Of a stretch of 32,000 bases of DNA, positions 8,229 to 16,807 are shown piece by piece. Both the position numbers and the translations under genes were made by a program. The stretch is from NCBI GenBank assembly GCA_018970725.1, contig JAGWVU010000003.1, forward strand, positions 67,035-99,034, written 5' to 3'. The stretch's first letter is position 1. The number at the start of each line of letters is the position of its first letter. This DNA comes from Verrucomicrobiota bacterium. GTDB lineage: Bacteria; Verrucomicrobiota; Verrucomicrobiia; Verrucomicrobiales; DEV007. The notes below the pieces were generated by a model. It saw nothing but the letters and a program-made list of their open reading frames with translations. It had not been told where the DNA came from and made no database searches.

Positions 8229-10784
8229 CTATTCCCGGTCTGCTTCGTCTTCGTCACCGGCTTCCGCGAAGACGAAGGCCGCACGCCTTGGGGCGGGCAT
8301 GGGCTCGTGGTGACCACGGACCGATCTCCAGACCATCTCGTTGAGGAGAAGATCGTCGGCCGCGTCTTCCCTGGCCAGGTCCATCTCCTTCGTGAGGTCG
8401 GCCCCCCAGGCGGTTTTCGCGTTCTTCTCCTCGAGGTTGACCCCGGGCGCCTCGGCGACAAAAGGGCGAAGATCCGGTTCCGTTTGGAAGCAAGCCGTCA
8501 TCGGACGGGCGGCGGCATCGAACTGGGACATCGGACGCAGGCCGAGGATCAGTTCCATGGTCCGGAGCATGCTGCAGGTGGAATACATGGTGGTGTCCAC
8601 CGTGCCCCGCCGGATGTAAGGGCTGACGGCAAAAGCGATGGTGCGGTGGGCATCGACGTGATCCGGTCCATTCTGGGCGTCGTCCTCGACAACAAAGATC
8701 GCCGTCCGCGGCCAGAACTTCGACTTGGAGACGGCTTCGATGACGCGGCCAAGGGCAAGATCGTTTTCCGCCATGAACGCGGTTGGAGTCGGTTTGCCCG
8801 GACTGGTTCCGGAGGTGTGATCGTTCGGGAGTCTGATGATCTGAAGCCGTGGCATGTCCCCCTCGGACTCGAACCGGCGGAGTTCGGCGATGAACCGGTC
8901 CGCGCGTTTGAGGTCGGAATAGTCCTGATCAAAGCCGCGGAAGAGAGGATCGAAGTGACCTTGGAGGTTGACGATGTTCGTGGTCGCCGGGAGACCGGGC
9001 TCTTTCGCGTTTTCGATGAACTCGCCGTAACTGCGGTAGCTGACTCCGGCCTCCCTGGCCCGGTCCCAGAGGTATCCGCCGGCCGGGATGGCCAGCTCAA
9101 ACTTTCCCTCACTGGGATAGGTGTATTTTCCGGACTTGGAATGTCCGTAACTGAGTGGCCAGTGTTTCTCCACAAAGTCGGTGGCGTAGGCGCCCATGGT
9201 CCATTCATGGCCATCCGCGCTGACCTCGCTTTCCACGTAAAAGTTATCCAACAGGACGAATTCGCGCGCCAGCTTGTGATGATTCGGCGTCACCTTTTCC
9301 GGAAAGAGGCAGATTGACGGGTCGCCGTTGCCCTGCGGCACATCGCCGAGAACCTGGTCGTAGGTGCGGTTCTCCTTGATGATATAGAGGCAATATTCGA
9401 TGGGACCCCGCTCCCCGGTTTTCGTGGGGATGGGATGACCGGGGGGGGGCGGGGACTCCGAACCGGGACGGAGGGAAGCCGGGGCTCCGGCATAGACGGC
9501 CGCACTCCAGACCTTGAGCGCCTTTGCAAAGTCCTCCTTTGGAGGGAGGTCGATGATGGACACGGTGCCCTCAAGGAGCCCCCCGATATATTCGCGCACG
9601 GCGGGCGGGAGATCGGGTCGACCCGGCTGCGGTCCGTGGCGATTCGGCTTCGGCACCACGCCCTTTCCGTTCGCCACCAGCAAGCGTTTGCCGTCGGGTG
9701 TGATCCGGACGGAGGTGGGATACCATCCGGCGGGGATGAAACCGACGGACTGGCTGTTTCCGGGGTGCTCCACCTCGAATACGGCGACGGCATTGATATT
9801 GGCGTTGGCCACGAAGAGAAGTTCTCCGTCCGGGGAGAGCGCGAGGCTGTTCGGCGTGGAACCGGGGGGCGATCCCGGGTAGAGTTCGGCAAGGAGGGTT
9901 TCCGAGATCTTTCCGGTGGAGGTATCGATCACTGAAACGGAATTGTGGTTGGCGTTGGCGACGAAGAGGCGTCCGCCATCATGGCTCAGCACCATTTCAT
10001 TGGGGTGGGGCTCAACGTTCCAACGGGTGATCTCCTTCCACAGGTTGAGATCGATCACCGAGACCTGAGCCAGGCCCCAGAGGCTAACGTAAAGTCTCTG
10101 GCGGGCGTCGTCGAGCAGCAGGGCGTAGGGGAATGGTTCCCCCGTGTGGGAACTGGCGAGCAAGGCCTCCGCCCGCTTTGAGACGGCCAACTCCTCTTCG
10201 GTCTTCGGCTTGGGGGCGGGCGTGCTTTCCAGAACGGCTTTGCCGAGCTTCAGGTCGCTGACCTTGCCGTCGTTGATCCGGGACACAAGATGCCCCCAGA
10301 GGTTGGCGGCATACACGGTTCCTCCATCCGGGCTGATGGCGATACCTGCCGGGATGCCTTTCAATGAGGCATCGCGCAAGCGGAGTTCCCGGGGCGGGGA
10401 GAGGCGCCCCTCATGGTAGTCGAACACGTGCAGCACCTCGGAGGATGCGCCGCTGGCATAGAGTGTTTTTCCGTCCCGGGAAAACATGAGTCCGTAAAAG
10501 CTCTCGGGGAGAGGGATTCGGTCCACGGCCTGCGCCGAACCCAGCTCGATCAAAACGACCTCATGTCGACCATAACCGCAATGCAGGGTGGCCGCGTGGC
10601 TTCCAGCGGGATGAAGGGCGATGTTCACTGGGAAATCTCCGGTCTCCACCTGTTTGCCCACGGGCCGAAGCGACCACTGGTTCGGCAGGAGAATGGAACC
10701 GTCCGGCTGCGGGCCGGGGAACCGGGGAGCCTCTTGGGCGGCGCAGGCGATGCTGAAGCAGGCGAGGATGATAACAGGTCTCAT
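8229..10784 (-). CDS. Secreted bifunctional protein: N-terminal YncE/lactonase-like beta-propeller fused to C-terminal phosphoesterase (PLC/AcpA family)
   Basis: Signal peptide MRPVIILACFSIACA. Repeated propeller blades (SPDGxxLYV/FVAN). C-terminal IIKENRTYDQVLGD, RLPNDHTSG and VVEDDAQNGPDHVDAHRT, which are typical of the phosphoesterase family. Confidence 0.85.
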   Translation of the reverse strand: MRPVIILACFSIACAAQEAPRFPGPQPDGSILLPNQWSLRPVGKQVETGDFPVNIALHPAGSHAATLHCGYGRHEVVLIELGSAQAVDRIPLPESFYGLMFSRDGKTLYASGASSEVLHVFDYHEGRLSPPRELRLRDASLKGIPAGIAISPDGGTVYAANLWGHLVSRINDGKVSDLKLGKAVLESTPAPKPKTEEELAVSKRAEALLASSHTGEPFPYALLLDDARQRLYVSLWGLAQVSVIDLNLWKEITRWNVEPHPNEMVLSHDGGRLFVANANHNSVSVIDTSTGKISETLLAELYPGSPPGSTPNSLALSPDGELLFVANANINAVAVFEVEHPGNSQSVGFIPAGWYPTSVRITPDGKRLLVANGKGVVPKPNRHGPQPGRPDLPPAVREYIGGLLEGTVSIIDLPPKEDFAKALKVWSAAVYAGAPASLRPGSESPPPPGHPIPTKTGERGPIEYCLYIIKENRTYDQVLGDVPQGNGDPSICLFPEKVTPNHHKLAREFVLLDNFYVESEVSADGHEWTMGAYATDFVEKHWPLSYGHSKSGKYTYPSEGKFELAIPAGGYLWDRAREAGVSYRSYGEFIENAKEPGLPATTNIVNLQGHFDPLFRGFDQDYSDLKRADRFIAELRRFESEGDMPRLQIIRLPNDHTSGTSPGKPTPTAFMAENDLALGRVIEAVSKSKFWPRTAIFVVEDDAQNGPDHVDAHRTIAFAVSPYIRRGTVDTTMYSTCSMLRTMELILGLRPMSQFDAAARPMTACFQTEPDLRPFVAEAPGVNLEEKNAKTAWGADLTKEMDLAREDAADDLLLNEMVWRSVRGHHEPMPAPRRAAFVFAEAGDEDEADRE

Positions 10785-10802
10785 GGGGGGCTGAGAAGGG
10801 AA

Positions 10803-12194
10803 TCAGGGCTTGGGGGCGGACTGCCTTGAGCGGACGGTGAACGAGACGGGCATGCCGGTGAGGTCGAATTCCCGGCGCAATTCGTTTTCCAGATAACGCT
10901 CGAAAGTGCGGGTCACCAGTTCCGCGTAATTCACGAAGAGAATGAAACGTGGAGCTTGGACCGGGCGCGGATGATCCTCCTTTTTGGTCGTGACGTAGAG
11001 GAGGTTGAGGCGTCGGCTCTTCCGGATGGGAGGCGGGTTCCTCTCGATGGCGTCCTGGAGAAAACGGTTGAGGACTCCGGTGCCGATTGGTTGGCGGGCC
11101 GCGTCCAGGATTTTCTCGATGCCGCCGAAGATCTTGTTGAGGTGCTGGCCTTTCATGGCGGAGGTGGCCACGAAGGGGGCGTAGTGGAGAAAAAAGAGCT
11201 CCTTTTCGATCCCGGTGCGCAACCGCTCGAGACGTTCCGCCGACTTCAATTCGGGCTGGAAGAGGTCGAATTTGTTCACCACCACGATGCACGGCTTGTG
11301 CGCTTCCACGATTTGCTGGCCGATCGTGCGGTCCATCGCGGTGACGCCCCGCTCGGCATCGATCACCAGGAGGCAAAGATCCGCCCGACGGATGCTCTTC
11401 TCGCTGCGCATGACGCTGAACACCTCGACCGGGGAATCGCGGGACGTGCGGCGCCGGATTCCGGCGGTATCGATGAGGGTATAATGGCGTCCGCCACGTT
11501 CATAGGGGATGTCGATGGCATCGCGCGTGGTTCCGGCCACGTCGCTGACGATGGTGCGGTCATCCTCGAGAATGGCGTTGACGAGCGAGGACTTGCCCAC
11601 GTTGGGGCGCCCGACGATGGCAATGCGGATGCGAGCCGGTTCGGTGCCCGGCTCCTCCGTCTCCGGTCCATGGGTGGCGATGAGGTGATGGCCGATGCGA
11701 TCGATCAGTTCATCGAAGTTGCGGTCGTGCTCCGCGCTGATCGGGAGAGGATCGGAGAAACCGAGACGGTCGAAGTCATGGGCGAGATTTTCATGTTTCG
11801 TGGTATCGACCTTGTTGATGAGGAGGATCACGGTCGTGCCGCTCTTGCGGAGAACGGAAGCGAGTTGCTCATCCACCGTGGTCAACCCGTTTTGGGCGTC
11901 GGTCACGAAGAGGATCAAAGCGGCGGACTCGATAGCGATATCCGCTTCGAGCCGGACCTGGGCGGTGAATCCGTCCTGGAGGCGGGAACCGATGCCGCCG
12001 GTATCGATGAGTTCGAAGGAGCGTGGGCCGCGGGTGCAAAGGGCGGAGATCCGGTCCCGGGTCACACCGGGTTCATCGTGGACGATGGAGATGCGGCGGC
12101 CGACGAGGCGGTTGAAGATGGCGGACTTGCCGACGTTGGGACGCCCGACGATGGCGACGACGGGGCGTGGCGTGGAAGATGCGGAATCGGTCAT
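10803..12194 (-). CDS. der: Ribosome-associated GTPase Der (EngA), two GTPase domains plus KH-like domain
   Basis: Two G domains: IVGRPNVGKSAIFNRL...DTGG...NKVD and IVGRPNVGKSSLVNAI...DTAG...NKFD. Start at MTDSAS (ATG 12194) rather than the tracked 12263. Confidence 0.95.
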   Translation of the reverse strand: MTDSASSTPRPVVAIVGRPNVGKSAIFNRLVGRRISIVHDEPGVTRDRISALCTRGPRSFELIDTGGIGSRLQDGFTAQVRLEADIAIESAALILFVTDAQNGLTTVDEQLASVLRKSGTTVILLINKVDTTKHENLAHDFDRLGFSDPLPISAEHDRNFDELIDRIGHHLIATHGPETEEPGTEPARIRIAIVGRPNVGKSSLVNAILEDDRTIVSDVAGTTRDAIDIPYERGGRHYTLIDTAGIRRRTSRDSPVEVFSVMRSEKSIRRADLCLLVIDAERGVTAMDRTIGQQIVEAHKPCIVVVNKFDLFQPELKSAERLERLRTGIEKELFFLHYAPFVATSAMKGQHLNKIFGGIEKILDAARQPIGTGVLNRFLQDAIERNPPPIRKSRRLNLLYVTTKKEDHPRPVQAPRFILFVNYAELVTRTFERYLENELRREFDLTGMPVSFTVRSRQSAPKP

Positions 12195-12256
12195 GGAAGC
12201 GACGAGTGACGCTTGCAACCACCCGAGGGGCATCCAACGTAGCTCAAGGAACGCAT

Positions 12257-12730
12257 ATGGCAAACAAACCAGAAGTAGGAAGTCCGGCTCCCCAGTTCAC
12301 CGCCCCGGTTGTCGGAGGGGATTATCCGGAAGGCGCCACCCTGTCGTTGTCCGATCTGGCCGGGCAAACCGTGGTTCTGTATTTCTATCCCAAGGACAAC
12401 ACTCCGGGATGCACGACCCAGGCTTGCGACCTTCGGGACAACTGGGCTGCCGTCTCGGCCAAGGCCAGGGTTTTTGGGGTCAGCCCGGACGGGGTGAAGA
12501 GCCATCGCAAGTTCATCGACGGTCATTCCCTGCCGTTCCCCCTGATCGCGGATCCTGACAAGAAGATCGTCAATGATTACGGGGTCTGGATCGAGAAGAG
12601 CATGATGGGCCGTTTGGGGTTCGGCACGGAGCGGACCACCTTTGTGATCGGCCCGGACCAGAAAATCAAGGCGGTCTTCCCCAAGGTAAAGCCCAAGGAG
12701 CACGTCGCCCAACTGCTAGGGGTGATCTGA
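12257..12730 (+). CDS. bcp: Thiol peroxidase / peroxiredoxin Bcp
   Basis: GSPAPQFTA...VVLYFYPKDNTPGCTTQACDLRD is the canonical Bcp active-site context. Start at MANKPEV (ATG 12257). Confidence 0.9.
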   Translation: MANKPEVGSPAPQFTAPVVGGDYPEGATLSLSDLAGQTVVLYFYPKDNTPGCTTQACDLRDNWAAVSAKARVFGVSPDGVKSHRKFIDGHSLPFPLIADPDKKIVNDYGVWIEKSMMGRLGFGTERTTFVIGPDQKIKAVFPKVKPKEHVAQLLGVI

Positions 12731-12751
12731 GACTTCGCCCTCCTGTCGCGT

Positions 12752-14254
12752 TCAACCCATGGTTTCCCTGGCGGCGCGCCGGCCGGATTCCACGGCGCCG
12801 TTCATGAATCCGCAGAACGCTTCGCTGGTGTGCTCCCCCGCGAAGAGCAGGCGTCCCTCGCACTCCGGTCGGGCCGAAGCGGCGTTGATCCAGGTGTATT
12901 GGCCGGTGAGCGGGCAGCTGTAGCTCCCCTCGTGAGTGGGCACCTTGGGCCAGTTCATCACCGCGCTGTTGCCATCGTAAGCCGTTTTGGCGCCGGGGAA
13001 GACGGTATCGATGTCCGTCAGGTCCCGCTCATCCGCCCTGACTTGGAACTCGGTCGCGCGCCGTCCCCCGAGCAGGTTGGTCAGGATGCCGCCCGTTCCC
13101 TCCTGGCCACGGCTCGTTTCCCAGATATTCTGGAAGTTCGGCAGTTCGGCGAAGACCGAGCCGTTGGAACCTTGCTGGCGCCAGACGCGGCTGGAGAACC
13201 CTCGCATCACCTTGATGTTTTGTCCGTAACCCAACTCGCGGACCGCTCTGGCTTTCTCCTGGGAAACCGGCAGATCGAAGAATCCGGTGACCTTGCGGAG
13301 TTGGTTGAACGGCAGGGTGACGATGACCTTGTCGAACCCCCTTGCGGATTCCTCTCCGGCGAACGAGAGCTGGACACGATGGTCCTGAAGCACGATGCCG
13401 ATGAGTCGTTTGCCGGTATGGCAGGTCACCCGGTCCTTGAGTTGGTGGGTCAGGGTGTCCGGGAGCCGGCTGTTTCCTCCCATGATGCGCCATGCCTCAT
13501 CACTGTCCCCAAAGACGCTGTATCCGTCCCTTAGGTCGGTGTCGGTGAAATCGACGAGATTGAGGCAGGAGATGAGTGAGGCGCTCAGCCCGTATTCAGG
13601 CTCGTAGGCGGCCAGCAGGTAATCGGAGATCCAAGGTTCCACGCCGGGGATGCCGGCCAGATAACCGATCAGGGAAATTCGGTCGAGCTGGGCGGCATAC
13701 GGGGTGAAGCTCCCGTCGTCATGGTAGAGTTTGGCCACGTCCCCGGCGATCCGGGTGATCACAGGTTGCAAACCGGCAAGCCACTCCTCCTCGGACCGCG
13801 CCCTGTCCTCGAACCAGAGCCGGTCCTTTCCCGCCTCGCCCTCAACCAGGTGCTGAAGCTGCAGCCCGAGGTCCCGGGCGAGTTGGATGAGAGCGGTATG
13901 GTTGGTGTCGATCAACTCGCCGCCGAGTTCGACGAACATACCGTCGGAATTGAAGTTCCGTTTGGTGAACACCCTTCCGCCGAGCCGGGGGGAGGCTTCA
14001 AAAAGCTCAACGGTCGCCTCGCTCTGCCGCAGGTGCCAAGCCGCGGTGAGTCCGGCGAGACCGCCTCCGATGATGGCGACGGATCCCTTGAAGGGCTCGG
14101 TGGCCCGGCTCGGCGTGCTCAGGGCGGCGGCGGCTCCGGTGGAAGTCTGCAGGAATCGGCGCCGGGAAACACGACCGGACGGGACGGGTTCCCGGGAGAG
14201 GCCGATGCCGAGGAGCCGGCGCAAGTGACGGAAAACAGGGGTGCGGGCGGGCAT
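12752..14254 (-). CDS. Flavin-containing amine oxidase family protein with twin-arginine (Tat) leader
   Basis: SRRRFLQTSTGAAAAL is a Tat-like motif. Dinucleotide fold VAIIGGGLAGLTAAWHL...ELFEASPRLGGRV. C-terminal LLFAGEHTS...GAVESGRRAA is typical of the MAO/LAAO/polyamine oxidase family. It lies 18 nt downstream of the acyltransferase gene on the same strand. Confidence 0.8.
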   Translation of the reverse strand: MPARTPVFRHLRRLLGIGLSREPVPSGRVSRRRFLQTSTGAAAALSTPSRATEPFKGSVAIIGGGLAGLTAAWHLRQSEATVELFEASPRLGGRVFTKRNFNSDGMFVELGGELIDTNHTALIQLARDLGLQLQHLVEGEAGKDRLWFEDRARSEEEWLAGLQPVITRIAGDVAKLYHDDGSFTPYAAQLDRISLIGYLAGIPGVEPWISDYLLAAYEPEYGLSASLISCLNLVDFTDTDLRDGYSVFGDSDEAWRIMGGNSRLPDTLTHQLKDRVTCHTGKRLIGIVLQDHRVQLSFAGEESARGFDKVIVTLPFNQLRKVTGFFDLPVSQEKARAVRELGYGQNIKVMRGFSSRVWRQQGSNGSVFAELPNFQNIWETSRGQEGTGGILTNLLGGRRATEFQVRADERDLTDIDTVFPGAKTAYDGNSAVMNWPKVPTHEGSYSCPLTGQYTWINAASARPECEGRLLFAGEHTSEAFCGFMNGAVESGRRAARETMG

Positions 14255-14272
14255 GGAGGATTTGGCGCGGGT

Positions 14273-15511
14273 TCAGGCGGATTGCCCGGCTCGGGCGGGG
14301 CGCTTCCGCTTGCGCTTGCGATCAAAGGTAGCCTTCCAGCGTTGATGCATCCAGATCCACTGTTCCGGGTGACGCAGGAGCGCGGTTTCGAGTGCCTTGT
14401 TGAAAGCGGTGGCGGTCAGGCGGATGGCGTCCTCGGCCCGTTCATGATCGACTACCGGGACGGGCTCTTCGAAGCGCAGGACGTGGGTGCCATCCGGTTC
14501 GCGCCAACTCGTGGCCGGAATGACGGGGGCCCCGGTGGACATGGCGATGATCGGCAGGCTGCGGAACGTGTTGGCCGGGGTGCCGAGAAAATCGGCCGGG
14601 ACTCCATCGCGCTGCGTGGCGTGTTGGTCGTAAATGAAGACCACGATTTGGCCTCGGCCGAGAAGGTCGAGGATGGAGTCGAGGGACCCCCGGCTCGGAA
14701 TGGTCCCGAAGCCGGCTTGGTGGAAGCGCCAGGTGACGAAGCGGTTGAGGAACTCGGGATTGAGTGGCTTCCGCACGAAATGGAAAAGGCCCTTGAACTC
14801 GGTGAACTGGCGGATGCCATCCACCGTGGCCACCTCCCAGTTTCCGAAATGTCCGGTGAGGAGCAACATCCCCTTGCCTTGGGCCAAGGCGCGGGCGGCG
14901 ATCTCCATCCCTTCGATGCGGATGGATCGCTTCCGCAGGAAGAACTCGCCGAAACATCGGACAAAGTGACCGTAGTAGTCCTGCGCGAGGAGGGCGATCT
15001 CCTGCTCCGTGAGAACTTCGCCGAACGCGCGGCGCAAGTTGGTCAGGACCACGCCGCGCCGCAAAGGGAAGAGATGGTAAACCAGCTTGCCGAACCAAGG
15101 CGGGGTAAAAGCGCGTTTTTCCGCTACCGCCACGGCGGAAGCGGAGTTGGCGGTGTGGGTCAGGGAGAGGCGGATTGCGGTGATGAACGCGCGGTTCATG
15201 GCGGCGTGGGCCGCGGGACTGGCCTCAACATGGGGCGCACCGTAACCATCGGAACAAACCGAAAAGTCCGCGGGGCCGAGCTGCCCGAGCGCGGTTTCCT
15301 TGGGAAAGAGTTTGCAGCAGGCCTCCTTGGCGGCAAACCGGGCGGCCAAGCTGCCAACCCGGCCCGCGCCCTCCCCGGCGTCGGCGATTTCCCGGGCGCT
15401 GAACAGTTTGCCGAGATCCTCCGGAGGCGTGGCCCGAAGCAATTTCTCGAGGCGAGGGATCTCAACCGTATCGATCCCGCACCGCGTTCCTGGCGGAGGC
15501 TCGGGCGTCAT
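14273..15511 (-). CDS. Fusion protein: AcpS-type 4'-phosphopantetheinyl transferase (N-terminal) + LpxL/HtrB-family lipid A-type (lysophospholipid) acyltransferase (C-terminal)
   Basis: N-terminus CGIDTVEIPR...LAARFAAKEACCK...SLTHTANSASAVAVAE follows the AcpS pattern. The C-terminal domain has LLLTGHFGNWE (HxxxxE-type box of LpxL-like acyltransferases) and ...HPEQWIWMHQRWK. Start at MTPEPPP gives an ATGA overlap with the upstream KS stop (15508-15511). Confidence 0.8.
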   Translation of the reverse strand: MTPEPPPGTRCGIDTVEIPRLEKLLRATPPEDLGKLFSAREIADAGEGAGRVGSLAARFAAKEACCKLFPKETALGQLGPADFSVCSDGYGAPHVEASPAAHAAMNRAFITAIRLSLTHTANSASAVAVAEKRAFTPPWFGKLVYHLFPLRRGVVLTNLRRAFGEVLTEQEIALLAQDYYGHFVRCFGEFFLRKRSIRIEGMEIAARALAQGKGMLLLTGHFGNWEVATVDGIRQFTEFKGLFHFVRKPLNPEFLNRFVTWRFHQAGFGTIPSRGSLDSILDLLGRGQIVVFIYDQHATQRDGVPADFLGTPANTFRSLPIIAMSTGAPVIPATSWREPDGTHVLRFEEPVPVVDHERAEDAIRLTATAFNKALETALLRHPEQWIWMHQRWKATFDRKRKRKRPARAGQSA

Positions 15512-16794
15512 GAAGGGGTGTTCCGGCGGACCAGCAGGGCCACGTTCATGCCTCCGAAACCACGACAAATGATCAGGGCGATGTCGCTGCGCGGCCGCTG
15601 GTGATCGCAGGAAACGGGAAGCGTGGCGAAGGCGGGATCGACCTCCCGCAAGGTTGGAATTCCCGGGACCACGTCGCGCGCGAGACACTCGAGGACCAGA
15701 GCGGCATCCAGCGTTCCGGCGGCGGCGAGCGTATGGCCAATGGCCCATTTGAACGCGGTCACTGGTGGGACTTGATGGCCAAAGACCCGTAGAATCGCGG
15801 CGGCTTCCGAGGCGTCGGAATTCGGCGTTCCGTTTCCGTGGGCCACAATCATCCCCACTTCCTCCGGGGAAATCCCGGCATCCGCCAAGGCGAGGCGGAT
15901 GGCCCGGGTGGGGCCGTCACCATCTGGCTGCAATTGGACGATTCCGGAAGCTTCACTGACGGTTCCGGACCCGAGAAACTGGCCGAGGACCGGAGCCTGG
16001 CGGGCCAAGGCGGATTCCAACGGCTCCAAGGCAAGGGCGGCGGCCCCTTCGCCAAAGAGCGTGCCATCGCGACGGGCATCGAAGGGGCGCACGGCATCGC
16101 TGGAGAGGAGCCCGAGGCGATGATAACCGAGCACGGACTCCGGCTCGATCGGCGCGTCGTGTCCTATGGCGACGATCCGGTCCGCCTCACCGATCCGGAG
16201 GGACGCCGCCGCTTCCGCCACCGCGAGGGCTCCGCTGGCGCACTGGTTGGTGATGCAGGCATTGGTGCCCTTGAACTGGTTGCGGATGCCGACGTGGCAA
16301 AGAACGTTGTTCGGAAGAATGCGCAGCAGCCACATCGGATGCACCGAGGACGCGAGGTCGCGCCCGAAAGCGGTCATGTCCCCCTTGGACGAGTGCAGCA
16401 AGGGAAAGAAGTCATAGTTAACTTGATAGGATCCTCCGCCGGATCCGACGACCAGGCCGGAGCGGTCGTTGAACAGAGGAACCCCGGTTTCCGGCAGCGT
16501 GTCGCGCAAGGCCGGAAATCCGGCGGACCGGATGGCCTCGTCTCCGGCGTAGATTCCGAACAGGTCGGTTCGGGAAATTGACTTGTGGAGTTTGCGGTCG
16601 TCCACCAGGACCTGATCCTTGATCCCGTTGATCTGGGCGGCCACCCGCACGGGCCAATCTGAGGCGTCCCAGTAACCGATCGGTCCCACCGCGGAACGGC
16701 CCTCCAGAATGGCGTCGAGAATGGCCGCGGGACGGAGTCCGGCGCCGCAGACCGCGCCCGAACCGGTGATGGCAATGCGTGGGGAGGGGCTCAT
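15508..16794 (-). CDS. Beta-ketoacyl-ACP synthase family protein (second KS, divergent FabF/FabB-like)
   Basis: RIAITGSGAVCGAG; active-site Cys in ITNQCASGALAV; His motifs VAHGNGTPNSD and KWAIGHTLAAAG; C-terminal RGFGGMNVALLV. Confidence 0.85.
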   Translation of the reverse strand: MSPSPRIAITGSGAVCGAGLRPAAILDAILEGRSAVGPIGYWDASDWPVRVAAQINGIKDQVLVDDRKLHKSISRTDLFGIYAGDEAIRSAGFPALRDTLPETGVPLFNDRSGLVVGSGGGSYQVNYDFFPLLHSSKGDMTAFGRDLASSVHPMWLLRILPNNVLCHVGIRNQFKGTNACITNQCASGALAVAEAAASLRIGEADRIVAIGHDAPIEPESVLGYHRLGLLSSDAVRPFDARRDGTLFGEGAAALALEPLESALARQAPVLGQFLGSGTVSEASGIVQLQPDGDGPTRAIRLALADAGISPEEVGMIVAHGNGTPNSDASEAAAILRVFGHQVPPVTAFKWAIGHTLAAAGTLDAALVLECLARDVVPGIPTLREVDPAFATLPVSCDHQRPRSDIALIICRGFGGMNVALLVRRNTPS

Positions 16795-16807
16795 CGGGTC
16801 GTTCCAA

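Noticed and set aside
15512-15748. 79-aa N-terminal extension of the AcpS::acyltransferase ORF (tracked start at 15748).
   Set aside because: The extension is Arg-rich junk overlapping the KS2 3' end. The internal ATG at 15511 gives the classic ATGA coupling and begins just before the AcpS core.
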